A stretch of DNA of 63,995 nucleotides, the filler included, from Lama guanicoe (lineage: Eukaryota), in NCBI GenBank assembly GCA_013239625.1. It is 199 parts of 199 records of this genome, joined end to end, with 100 filler letters (N's around TTAATTAATTAA, not from the genome) between each part and the next. Parts side by side here need not be neighbours in the genome. Positions count along the whole stretch, not along the records: positions 37,351 to 37,572 come from PNXV01041201.1; positions 37,673 to 37,894 come from PNXV01041202.1; positions 37,995 to 38,216 come from PNXV01041203.1; positions 38,317 to 38,538 come from PNXV01041204.1; positions 38,639 to 38,860 come from PNXV01041205.1; positions 38,961 to 39,182 come from PNXV01041206.1; positions 39,283 to 39,504 come from PNXV01041207.1; positions 39,605 to 39,826 come from PNXV01041208.1; 191 more parts are not named here. One strand, 5' to 3'. This document shows positions 37,251-48,445 of the stretch, piece by piece (the first letter of the stretch is position 1; every line of letters begins with the position of its first letter). A model generated the notes under the pieces. The model made no database searches. It was not told where the DNA came from and saw only the letters and a program-made list of their open reading frames with translations. Position numbers and translations under genes: made by a program.

Positions 37251-37672
37251 NNNNNNNNNNNNNNNNNNNNNNNNNNNNNNNNNNNNNNNNNNNNTTAATT
37301 AATTAANNNNNNNNNNNNNNNNNNNNNNNNNNNNNNNNNNNNNNNNNNNNAGCCCCCAGTACTCCAGTGTATTCCTCTAAGTAAAAGAGGAGGGCGGTTT
37401 ACAGCCACCATCTGCATCAGATACTTCGCAAGAACTGACACCAGAGCAAATGAGGCAGACGATGACTTCAACATCACACTTTAAAATAAGTGCTAGGTTT
37501 GTCCACTATCACCAGCATCATACTTTATGAAAACTCCTAATAGCAACCTCAGTGTCCATCAACAGATAAATGNNNNNNNNNNNNNNNNNNNNNNNNNNNN
37601 NNNNNNNNNNNNNNNNTTAATTAATTAANNNNNNNNNNNNNNNNNNNNNNNNNNNNNNNNNNNNNNNNNNNN

Positions 37673-37894
37673 TATCTAGTCAGCTTTGCGACCCCTTTAG
37701 ATCATTCCTCATCTCAGTCAACTTGTTTACTTATTCTACTCAGCTCTTCTTATAGCTTCCATTTCATTTCTAACTTATTTTATATCTCTAAACATTATCT
37801 TTTATTTCCTTCAGTCATTTGATCAATCCTCTTCTGAAATCTTGATCTAGTAGGCTATTGATATCTATTTCACTGATCATTCTTTCAGGGGATT
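37673..37894 (-). mobile_element. LINE-1 ORF1 N-terminal fragment, with stops
   Basis: Minus-strand translation SPERMISEIDINSLLDQDFRRGLIK*LKEIK resembles the L1 ORF1p segment preceding the coiled coil. Confidence 0.65.
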
Positions 37895-38638
37895 NNNNNN
37901 NNNNNNNNNNNNNNNNNNNNNNNNNNNNNNNNNNNNNNTTAATTAATTAANNNNNNNNNNNNNNNNNNNNNNNNNNNNNNNNNNNNNNNNNNNNATGTTC
38001 CTCAAAGGCTCAGGGTGGCTTCTGAATGCAGAGTCGGCAGGGACGAGGTGACAGGCAGTGAGTGGGGAGAGTGACACAGGGTACGCTTTCCCAGCTGGGG
38101 AAGAATTGGGTTCTTTTCTAGTTTTCCAAACAATTCCTTACTACCTTTTTCTCTTAATGTCACATATCGTTTCCTACGAATTAAGCATATCAATGTCAGT
38201 CATTTGGGCCACTTGGNNNNNNNNNNNNNNNNNNNNNNNNNNNNNNNNNNNNNNNNNNNNTTAATTAATTAANNNNNNNNNNNNNNNNNNNNNNNNNNNN
38301 NNNNNNNNNNNNNNNNACTTGAGGACTAATCCTCTGAAATGAATTCCTTTTCGTGCTGAAACTTCTCCTTGCTTGAATGGACAACTAAACCTAGTCAAGG
38401 AGTCAGACTTACGATTCTGTATTTTCTTTTAATAAAGAATGCTCTTTTGAGACGCTTTACCATAAGTGAGATTGTTTTTCGCTTTTTTTCTGTGTCTTCT
38501 TAATGTAAAAGGTTGTGTTAATGTAAAATCTGGTGATANNNNNNNNNNNNNNNNNNNNNNNNNNNNNNNNNNNNNNNNNNNNTTAATTAATTAANNNNNN
38601 NNNNNNNNNNNNNNNNNNNNNNNNNNNNNNNNNNNNNN

Positions 38639-38860
38639 CCGTAGCCGAGTGAAAGCTGTAGAGGTCTGTGTCCGACCCCGAGCTGGTTCTTTGTCCATCC
38701 TGCGCCCCTGCCGCAGTCTCTGAATCCTCGGCGACTGCCGGGCCCCCGACCCTGGCCTTGGCCGACCCGGGGCCACCGGGTCGTGTCACCTCGAAAGGGT
38801 CAGCACACTCAGTATCTGACAGGCCCGTCTCGTCGGCCGAGAGGCTGAGGTCTGGGGTTT
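38639..38860 (-). CDS. FMN2: Formin-2 exon 1, internal fragment
   Basis: Open across the contig: [73 protein letters not shown]. This matches my recall of the FMN2 N-terminus ([10 protein letters not shown]..., SSGSDTDIYSFHSATEQ). Confidence 0.93.
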
Positions 38861-39140
38861 NNNNNNNNNNNNNNNNNNNNNNNNNNNNNNNNNNNNNNNN
38901 NNNNTTAATTAATTAANNNNNNNNNNNNNNNNNNNNNNNNNNNNNNNNNNNNNNNNNNNNTTCCCTAGTGCCTGAGAGTGATTAAATCAGGTTAAAAAAC
39001 AAACAAACGAAGACTGAAATTCCAGGATGAAAATCATCAGACTCCCTGGTTAAGCCTAAACGAGAGTTAGGAAACAGTCAAAATGGCAAACTCCAGAGGG
39101 AAGCGCAGGAGTGCGACAGGCGGGGAAGCGGCACCCTTAC

Positions 39141-39182
39141 CGTCAAACTTCTTGGCCATCAGCAACACCGCGAGGTTCTCGT
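39141..39182 (-). CDS. 3' end of a candidate coding exon, gene unidentified
   Basis: Only one frame is open, ENLAVLLMAKKFD, with GC3-rich codons, ending at donor ACG|GTAAGG. Confidence 0.5.
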
Positions 39183-39926
39183 NNNNNNNNNNNNNNNNNN
39201 NNNNNNNNNNNNNNNNNNNNNNNNNNTTAATTAATTAANNNNNNNNNNNNNNNNNNNNNNNNNNNNNNNNNNNNNNNNNNNNTCTTCATACTCTGAGAGA
39301 GGGAGGGGCCAGTCATGCAAATGATTCCCCAGCTCTCTGATGCCTCCCTGGGCCCGGGGTCCTCTCCCTCTGCCTGAGGGGGCAGGGAATGGGCTGGGAT
39401 GGGGCTGTGTGGGGCCTGAAGGTGGGGGTGTCCTAGCTGGGAGACCTGAGCAGAGGACACCAGGCAGGCCCGGGTGGTCGTCCCAGCTTCTATCGTCTAA
39501 CGATNNNNNNNNNNNNNNNNNNNNNNNNNNNNNNNNNNNNNNNNNNNNTTAATTAATTAANNNNNNNNNNNNNNNNNNNNNNNNNNNNNNNNNNNNNNNN
39601 NNNNGTGATTTATTTGCCTGAGGAAGTGGTTAAAAAACAAAAATCAAGAGTGTGCATGTGAGGATCTGATTCAATTTATTCAAGGATTCATGAGTCAGAA
39701 ATATCCCAGATAGCAAGGAGCAGGGCGGGTGATGTGAGGAGAGGTGCAGAAACGGAAGGCTGTTATAGGAAGAAGGGCGGGCAAGGACGACATTAGCAAA
39801 AGAAAAGCAAGGCTTATTTGGATCTGNNNNNNNNNNNNNNNNNNNNNNNNNNNNNNNNNNNNNNNNNNNNTTAATTAATTAANNNNNNNNNNNNNNNNNN
39901 NNNNNNNNNNNNNNNNNNNNNNNNNN

Positions 39927-40148
39927 GTGTGTGTTGTGTGTGTTGTGTGTGTGGTGTGTGTGTTGTGTGTGTGTGGTGTGTATGTTGTGTGTGTTGTGTG
40001 TGTATGTGTTGTGTGTGTTGTGTGTGTGGTGTGTGTTGTGTGTGTTGTGTGTGTTGTGTGTATATGTTTGTGTTGTGTGTGTATGTGTTGTGTGTGTGTT
40101 GTGTGTGTTGTGTGTGTTGTGTATGTGTTGTGTGTATGTTGTGTGTTG
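39927..40148. repeat. Degenerate (TGTTGTGTG)n / TG-rich simple repeat filling the contig
   Basis: Direct read: units of about 9-11 bp with occasional TA or GG variants. Confidence 0.97.
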
Positions 40149-40248
40149 NNNNNNNNNNNNNNNNNNNNNNNNNNNNNNNNNNNNNNNNNNNNTTAATTAA
40201 TTAANNNNNNNNNNNNNNNNNNNNNNNNNNNNNNNNNNNNNNNNNNNN

Positions 40249-40470
40249 CTTCACAAAGACAAACAAGCAGCTGGGTCTTGATCAGAGCAGGGACGAGGCT
40301 GCCCGCGGAGCGCGACCAGGGCGGAGTGCCAACCAGGGCAGCGCGACCAGGGCGGAGCGCCGGCCAGGATGGAGCGCCGGCACAGAGCGCGCAGCCACGC
40401 AGAGCAGCGGAGCTACCGGCGGCGGCACAGGCAGGGGAAGAGCGGCCCCCCGGCCTGTCGGGCAGGAACA
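40249..40470. repeat. CpG-rich fragment with short internal tandem units, possibly a young L1 5' UTR
   Basis: agcgcgaccagggcggag occurs at 40309-40326 and 40340-40357, and ccagg cores recur every 14-17 bp. Confidence 0.5.
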
Positions 40471-41536
40471 NNNNNNNNNNNNNNNNNNNNNNNNNNNNNN
40501 NNNNNNNNNNNNNNTTAATTAATTAANNNNNNNNNNNNNNNNNNNNNNNNNNNNNNNNNNNNNNNNNNNNTTCCTCCCGGACTGCAGAGCCATCCAGGCC
40601 TCCAGCCAGACCGGCCTGCGCTTGCAGATAAAACTGTCTGATGCCTGTTTGATGTACTGGACTGTCTTTTCTGTGTGTGTCTGTGTCAGGACGGGTGTGT
40701 GTGTGCGTCTTAAAGAATTTCCCTGTTTAAATAAAAAAATAAAAAAAAAAAAACAGTGTGAAAAGCCCAGGCTGGACGAGGCACAGCTCGGGNNNNNNNN
40801 NNNNNNNNNNNNNNNNNNNNNNNNNNNNNNNNNNNNTTAATTAATTAANNNNNNNNNNNNNNNNNNNNNNNNNNNNNNNNNNNNNNNNNNNNTGAAATCC
40901 TTCCTTGACCTCAGTCACTATGGCCAGGAAATAGGCAGTACCCCTCAAATGGTGTCAACAATAATGAGAAAGTGGCACTTTCTCCAAAGCAGATTGGATG
41001 CTAATATTTGAAAGAAGAAAAATGAATCTTCAGCAGCAAGCCACTGTGGGGGAACTCACAGCTGATTTCGTGATTCAATTCATACACAGAGTGGGGACGT
41101 TTCAAGGAGGCTGANNNNNNNNNNNNNNNNNNNNNNNNNNNNNNNNNNNNNNNNNNNNTTAATTAATTAANNNNNNNNNNNNNNNNNNNNNNNNNNNNNN
41201 NNNNNNNNNNNNNNTGGGGCTGAAATGCTTCTGTGATTAACTCTATCTGCATCTTTGGTCGAGCACAGAGGTTGACTTCTTCAAGTAAGGAGGCCTGAGC
41301 ATCCAGGAAAGATCTATCCTCAGTCTGTGAGAAGCAGGAGTTTGAGGGCCACAGTCTGTTTCAAGTCACGTTGACACAGCCAACTCTTGCGGCTCTCGGC
41401 CTGCTGCAAGCCAAGGATGCCAAGGGGCTCAGGACANNNNNNNNNNNNNNNNNNNNNNNNNNNNNNNNNNNNNNNNNNNNTTAATTAATTAANNNNNNNN
41501 NNNNNNNNNNNNNNNNNNNNNNNNNNNNNNNNNNNN

Positions 41537-41678
41537 CAACAAAAGCAATGAATATACGTACGTTCATGTCTAACTGAACAATTGTTCTCCACACTGAAAA
41601 TTGACACAACATTGCAAACTGACTGTAACTCAAGAAAGGTAGAAAGAAAGAAAAGAAAAGAAAAAAGAAAAGAAAAGA
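41537..41678 (+). mobile_element. LINE-1 3' terminus with (GAAA/GAAAA)n tail
   Basis: aattgacacaacattgcaaactgactgtaactcaa followed by an A-rich tail. Confidence 0.85.
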
Positions 41679-44112
41679 CAGCACATGTGTCACATGGTGG
41701 TATCACCAATCAAGCTCATCTCAAGGGAGAAAACACACCATTTTGAGGCAGCAGCCCTNNNNNNNNNNNNNNNNNNNNNNNNNNNNNNNNNNNNNNNNNN
41801 NNTTAATTAATTAANNNNNNNNNNNNNNNNNNNNNNNNNNNNNNNNNNNNNNNNNNNNCGATCTGAGAGGCAGACTGGTGGACAGGCAGCATGCCCTGCA
41901 GCGTGGCCGGAGGGCAGGGAAGCGCTCAGGGGCTTTGAAACCCAGCACCTGGTGTTCAACCGCCCCACAGAGCTGGGGAGGAGGAAGGATGCGGTGCGAA
42001 TCAGAGGAGGGGAAGCAGGTCCCAGCTCTACCACCAAACAACCGTGTGACCCTGGGCCTGTCACCTTCCCCAGGGCCTCTNNNNNNNNNNNNNNNNNNNN
42101 NNNNNNNNNNNNNNNNNNNNNNNNTTAATTAATTAANNNNNNNNNNNNNNNNNNNNNNNNNNNNNNNNNNNNNNNNNNNNCTGGAAATTCATTATGCCAA
42201 AATGAAAAAAGAAAGAAATAATAAAACATTCAAACTCCATAAAAACATTATTACAAAAACATGATTCTTAATTTAATACAATCAAGTGCTTTCCTAGTTT
42301 TGAGCTCCACATGTAGCTGATGTTAACCTCATGCAATCTTCAAAATACTTAAAAAATTACACAAAATACTTTAAGACAACACAAGGTTCAAAGAGAAAAA
42401 AANNNNNNNNNNNNNNNNNNNNNNNNNNNNNNNNNNNNNNNNNNNNTTAATTAATTAANNNNNNNNNNNNNNNNNNNNNNNNNNNNNNNNNNNNNNNNNN
42501 NNCACACACAAAGGTATTGTTGGAAAGCATAACAATAGTTATCTGAAATTTAAGTGTTACCAGACTGACAACTCAATTTTCCCTAATACTTAGTGCTTTG
42601 TACATTGAAAAACACCAAAGAGAGGCATGAAGACATAGTAGATTTTCCATCCTTTAAAAATAAAGTATAATGATGTATCTACCAGGAATACTTTCAGCTG
42701 TATTTAAGTAATTAACCCCAAAATNNNNNNNNNNNNNNNNNNNNNNNNNNNNNNNNNNNNNNNNNNNNTTAATTAATTAANNNNNNNNNNNNNNNNNNNN
42801 NNNNNNNNNNNNNNNNNNNNNNNNTGGACCCAGAGTGAACTGGGTCGCTCTGGCTGAGCATTTCCGAGGTACCGGCGTCCCTCTTCAGGGCACTTGGGGC
42901 GAGGCCGAGGGAGGGAGACATTTTCTTCTCATTGCTCCCCCAAATTCTAATTCCATGTTATCTTGTTCAGGATGACACAGTAAGATGGGAGATTTACAAC
43001 TGGTTTCACAAAACAGCAAAACTCTTGTGTTTGAACTGGATAAGGANNNNNNNNNNNNNNNNNNNNNNNNNNNNNNNNNNNNNNNNNNNNTTAATTAATT
43101 AANNNNNNNNNNNNNNNNNNNNNNNNNNNNNNNNNNNNNNNNNNNNTTTAACTGAGGAGGAAACTAAAACACAGTGAGGTCAAATAATTTATAAATAGCC
43201 TGGAAATGATGGAGCCGGATTTTAACTATCAACTGGTAATGCCTTTCTTCACAGATCCCTCTAGTTTAATCTCAGACAAAACATGCGAAGGAGGCCTTAA
43301 AAATCCACCTAGAAGCTGGATCCAATATGCTAAGAGGCTAGATAAGAATCTGGGGCCAAAACCCTGGANNNNNNNNNNNNNNNNNNNNNNNNNNNNNNNN
43401 NNNNNNNNNNNNTTAATTAATTAANNNNNNNNNNNNNNNNNNNNNNNNNNNNNNNNNNNNNNNNNNNNTCTGGCAATGACTTCACCCCTCTATGGCCACA
43501 GCTCCCACCTGGCAGCCCGTCTTCCATATTGCAGCTCTCACTGGCTCCTGTGACACCACATCCCCTTCTGATACCCCTTCCCCCTGGGGTGATAACAGCC
43601 ACACTTTGTTGTCCATCTCTAGATCCCTCGATATGCCAAGTTTCTTCCTCACCTTTCTCTGCTATATTTCTCACAATCTGAAATTTTGTTNNNNNNNNNN
43701 NNNNNNNNNNNNNNNNNNNNNNNNNNNNNNNNNNTTAATTAATTAANNNNNNNNNNNNNNNNNNNNNNNNNNNNNNNNNNNNNNNNNNNNTTAAAAACTT
43801 CAATTCATTCTTGACTAAAGGTTTGGTGAACTGGAATGTCTCTCAGTATTTCCCAAATTAATTGCATTTGAACATAGCCTACTGCCTATTTCCTGATCTT
43901 ACCCCCTTCTCCTAGCTCTTAGTGCAGAAGTTGGCACCTACTTATTTATGTATTTTTAAAAGGCTGAACCTAAAAAACAAAAACAAACCGATCTGATAAA
44001 TGAATTATCTGCNNNNNNNNNNNNNNNNNNNNNNNNNNNNNNNNNNNNNNNNNNNNTTAATTAATTAANNNNNNNNNNNNNNNNNNNNNNNNNNNNNNNN
44101 NNNNNNNNNNNN

Positions 44113-44260
44113 GCAAAGCATTTAGTTTCTCTGAAATTTGACTTTACCATCTGTAAAAGGGGCATGAGTTCCTCCAGTCACTGTGAAGCTCAAACGAAGA
44201 AATACACATGAAAATACTTAGCACGTAGCAAAACACAATATGTGTATGAGGTATTATCAC
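44113..44260 (+). mobile_element. MIR SINE
   Basis: gcaaagcatttagtttctctg...catctgtaaaaggggcatga...tgtgaag...tacacatgaaaatacttagcac. Confidence 0.65.
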
Positions 44261-44756
44261 TAAAACTTTGCCTTCTTATAAGACTTGCCCAGATGCTCTA
44301 CTTGATTATTTCACTGGGCTGTCCTGCTGGAACANNNNNNNNNNNNNNNNNNNNNNNNNNNNNNNNNNNNNNNNNNNNTTAATTAATTAANNNNNNNNNN
44401 NNNNNNNNNNNNNNNNNNNNNNNNNNNNNNNNNNGAAAAATCTCTGAAAAACAGGCTCAATGAAAATGTATAAAGAATCTTACATGCCTACAATCATAGG
44501 GCACATTGAATTCAAAAATGAAAGCTTTGAACAGAAAGGAAATGGATCAAAGATACTGGGAAGGGGTCAGAGAGAAAGTCATAGATATCTGGGAGAAATA
44601 GACTGGCATGTTCAACTTTAACACCCATCCTATTAGGGCTGAATGATTTGTTTTTTNNNNNNNNNNNNNNNNNNNNNNNNNNNNNNNNNNNNNNNNNNNN
44701 TTAATTAATTAANNNNNNNNNNNNNNNNNNNNNNNNNNNNNNNNNNNNNNNNNNNN

Positions 44757-44978
44757 ATGATGAGATCTAGGCATGCACAGTGCCTGCTTTCCTCCGCCTC
44801 CTCCCACTGACTACAGCGCCCCCGAGAGGACAGTGGGAAGAGGAGCGAAGAAGAGAGTCTTTTCCTTCTGCTCACCGTGTACTCAGGTGTCCTGGCCCCT
44901 GGCCCCTGGACTCTGTCCCCAGCCAAGCATAGCCGTCGCTGCCGCCCCCCAGGCCGTTGCTCACGTCAGAGGCCTCGG
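44757..44978. repeat. Near-identical copy A of contig 55705..55926
   Basis: 6 substitutions over 222 bp, no indels, 49 identical bases at each end. Confidence 0.97.
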
Positions 44979-46366
44979 NNNNNNNNNNNNNNNNNNNNNN
45001 NNNNNNNNNNNNNNNNNNNNNNTTAATTAATTAANNNNNNNNNNNNNNNNNNNNNNNNNNNNNNNNNNNNNNNNNNNNAGCCCACCTTAATGTTGGCTGC
45101 ACCCATACTGGGTAATTTGGTGGAACTCCATGTTATGTGCATGTAGAGACAGGGCCTAGAATGCTTCTTCTCTTTCCTTTTTCTAACACTCATTCTCCTG
45201 GGCCTCCTAGATCCTCCCAGAGCAGTGCCCAGGGCTGGCTTGGTGCTACATTCAGGCAATATTTGTTAATAAGGCCCTTTCCTCATCTCTTCTGAGCCTC
45301 NNNNNNNNNNNNNNNNNNNNNNNNNNNNNNNNNNNNNNNNNNNNTTAATTAATTAANNNNNNNNNNNNNNNNNNNNNNNNNNNNNNNNNNNNNNNNNNNN
45401 CAGGAAGGTGGGGGCCGCTTTGTGCAGAGCCCCTGAGCAGCTCAAGGACAGGCGGAGGCAGACAGAATTCCCACTGGGGACAGGAGTCAGGAGGGGAAAG
45501 TAGTCCTAACAAGTCTGTGTTGCGTTGTCTCTTGGGTTAGATGCTCGACATGGTCCTTCATTTGTAAATATGAAAGGATGACTGAGGACCACCAGACAGC
45601 TGAGGCCACCTCACAGCAAGAANNNNNNNNNNNNNNNNNNNNNNNNNNNNNNNNNNNNNNNNNNNNTTAATTAATTAANNNNNNNNNNNNNNNNNNNNNN
45701 NNNNNNNNNNNNNNNNNNNNNNGAATCTCCATACTTTTAACATATATTTCCTGTTTTACCTCATTATTTTTCCCACAACGCCTCTTGACCAGACTACCAG
45801 TGGCTTCCTCCTGCAAAGCTCTCTCATCTTCTGTAGGTAAACACATGGTTCAAATTCATCACAGCAATAAGGGACTGGGTCCGGCAATGCAGTCACAGAC
45901 TGGCCCTTCCTTGATGACAGCTGTAGATCAAAGAGCTGAAGCCANNNNNNNNNNNNNNNNNNNNNNNNNNNNNNNNNNNNNNNNNNNNTTAATTAATTAA
46001 NNNNNNNNNNNNNNNNNNNNNNNNNNNNNNNNNNNNNNNNNNNNATCACATTATCCCAGTGGAAAATTCACACTTCCTAAATATTACTATCCAATATCTA
46101 CTCAGAGTTCATATTTTTGTAATAGACTTATCAGTTCTTAGAAAATGTGTTTACCTGACCTAGGATCAAAATAAGGCCTATTCTTTGCTATTGCCTGATA
46201 AGACTCTTAAATATTATTTGGTCAATTTGTTCAGATTTCTTTCTTTATTTGTAATTTTGCAATTTTNNNNNNNNNNNNNNNNNNNNNNNNNNNNNNNNNN
46301 NNNNNNNNNNTTAATTAATTAANNNNNNNNNNNNNNNNNNNNNNNNNNNNNNNNNNNNNNNNNNNN

Positions 46367-46910
46367 TTTAGAGCCCAAGTTTTAATAAAGCACACTGCAG
46401 TCATCCAGGGCCACCCTTGCAAAATTGTAAAGCCATACCAAACCAAACCGACAAAGACTATGCATGAGACAGGCAGAGCACTGTGTCTGATAATTGTTAT
46501 TCTCCATTTGTCCCCAAAATCTCTTCAGCCAAATTCAGCGTTTAGAAATAGCATTTTTCCTTTATTATGAAGAAATTGATTTGGGAAANNNNNNNNNNNN
46601 NNNNNNNNNNNNNNNNNNNNNNNNNNNNNNNNTTAATTAATTAANNNNNNNNNNNNNNNNNNNNNNNNNNNNNNNNNNNNNNNNNNNNTTTAGAGCCCAA
46701 GTTTTAATAAAGCACACTGCAGTCATCCAGGGCCACCTCTGCAAAATTGTAAAGCCAAACCAAACCAAACCGACAAAGACTATGCATGAGACAGGCGGTG
46801 CACTGTCTCTGATAATTGTTATTCCCCATTTGTCCCCAAAATCTCTTCAGCCAAATTCAGGGTTTAGAAATAGCATTTTTCCTTTATTATGAAGAAATTG
46901 ATTTGGGAAA
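46367..46910. repeat. Two near-identical adjacent contigs (46367..46588 and 46689..46910)
   Basis: 8 substitutions over 222 bp, no indels, 49 identical bases at each end. Confidence 0.97.
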
Positions 46911-47654
46911 NNNNNNNNNNNNNNNNNNNNNNNNNNNNNNNNNNNNNNNNNNNNTTAATTAATTAANNNNNNNNNNNNNNNNNNNNNNNNNNNNNNNNNN
47001 NNNNNNNNNNGTCTCCTCCTCAGGGAAGACTGGCCAGATCTCTTTAATATGGTGATTTAGCCTAGTCTGATGTTCCCAAAGCAACATGCGCCCCCCCCCA
47101 TTAGCGCTCTCATCGTGGCGGCAAATGTACAGGCGTGTCTCTCAGCAGACGCTCATCTGCCTCGCCTTAGCATCCTGAGTGTCTAGCCACACAGGCTACT
47201 TTGTGGAGCACAGGGGCTCAATCTCAAGTGCTNNNNNNNNNNNNNNNNNNNNNNNNNNNNNNNNNNNNNNNNNNNNTTAATTAATTAANNNNNNNNNNNN
47301 NNNNNNNNNNNNNNNNNNNNNNNNNNNNNNNNATCATTAATTGTGGATAGTTGTGGTTTTAATATAGTAAAAATATTAACATGACTTATTTGATTGAAAA
47401 ACTAGGTGTCATGTGGAAAGTGATTAAAGGAAGCGTGTGTAAAGGCTGCTAGGAGGCAGGGGGTAGGAAGAGGTTGCTGTCTGGGACTGGGTGAACGCAG
47501 CCTGTGGGAGAGACGGAGAGTTCTCCTAGCCTGCTGGGCAGAGGACAAGCGAGCNNNNNNNNNNNNNNNNNNNNNNNNNNNNNNNNNNNNNNNNNNNNTT
47601 AATTAATTAANNNNNNNNNNNNNNNNNNNNNNNNNNNNNNNNNNNNNNNNNNNN

Positions 47655-47728
47655 GATGTGGGTCTTGGTGTATTTGTGGGAGAGGGTGACTTACGAGCAT
47701 CCTACTCCGCCATCTTCTCCGTCTCTCC
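47655..47728 (-). mobile_element. LINE-1 extreme 5' end
   Basis: The minus strand reads ggagagacggagAAGATGGCGGagtag...tcaccctctcccacaaatacacc, i.e. the YY1-type motif plus the cetartiodactyl L1 5' start. Confidence 0.8.
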
Positions 47729-47876
47729 TGCATTGTTATCATTAACCAGTCTTTTACTACTAAACTTAAGTGGCCAATTGAGACAAACAATTCTGAGACC
47801 GTTCTTCCACCACTGATTAAGACTGGAGTGGCAGGTATTGGGGATAATACTCATTTAGCCTTCTGAGCTTTCTGGG
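47729..47876 (-). pseudogene. EEF1A1: EEF1A1-derived sequence (last codons and proximal 3' UTR), probable processed pseudogene
   Basis: QKAQKAK* (stop at 47851-47853), then tcttaatcagtggtggaagaacggtctcagaa...gtttagtagtaaaagactggttaatgataacaatgca, the conserved EEF1A1 3' UTR, which breaks off into L1. Confidence 0.9.
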
Positions 47877-47976
47877 NNNNNNNNNNNNNNNNNNNNNNNN
47901 NNNNNNNNNNNNNNNNNNNNTTAATTAATTAANNNNNNNNNNNNNNNNNNNNNNNNNNNNNNNNNNNNNNNNNNNN

Positions 47977-48198
47977 CTGTGCTATACAGTAGGACCTTGT
48001 TGTTTATCTGTTTTATATATAGTAACATGTGTCTGTTAAGCCCCAACCCCTAATTTAGCCCTCCCTGCCCTTTCCCCTTTGGTAACCATCGTTTGCTTTG
48101 TATGTCTGAGAGTCTGTTTTGGGTTTGTAAATAAAATTTGTATCACTTTTTTAAAAGATTCCACATATATGTGATATCATATATTTGTCTTTTTCTGT
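47977..48198 (-). mobile_element. LINE-1 3' UTR and ORF2 end
   Basis: ctgtgctatacagtaggaccttgttgtttatc...ttcccctttggtaaccat...agattccacatatatgtgatatcatatatttgtctttt. Confidence 0.92.
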
Positions 48199-48324
48199 NN
48201 NNNNNNNNNNNNNNNNNNNNNNNNNNNNNNNNNNNNNNNNNNTTAATTAATTAANNNNNNNNNNNNNNNNNNNNNNNNNNNNNNNNNNNNNNNNNNNNAG
48301 ATTCACCCAAGGCACTCGTCAAAA

Positions 48325-48445
48325 ATTTCTATTCCAAGCCCTCCCCTCCCCCTCCTTCACCCCTACTCAGACCTATCAGGTTAGAATCTACGTGTCACTC
48401 AGGGAATCTGTGGCTTTAACAAGCACCCTCGGATGATCCAAAGGG
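48325..48445. mobile_element. MER5A-like hAT DNA transposon remnant
   Basis: cagacctatcaggttagaatct...agggaatctgtggctttaacaagcaccctcggatgatcc. Confidence 0.55.

Noticed and set aside
39927..40204. Cys/Val-rich metallothionein- or keratin-associated-like ORFs
   Set aside because: These are translations of a TG-rich simple repeat that is open in all three frames.
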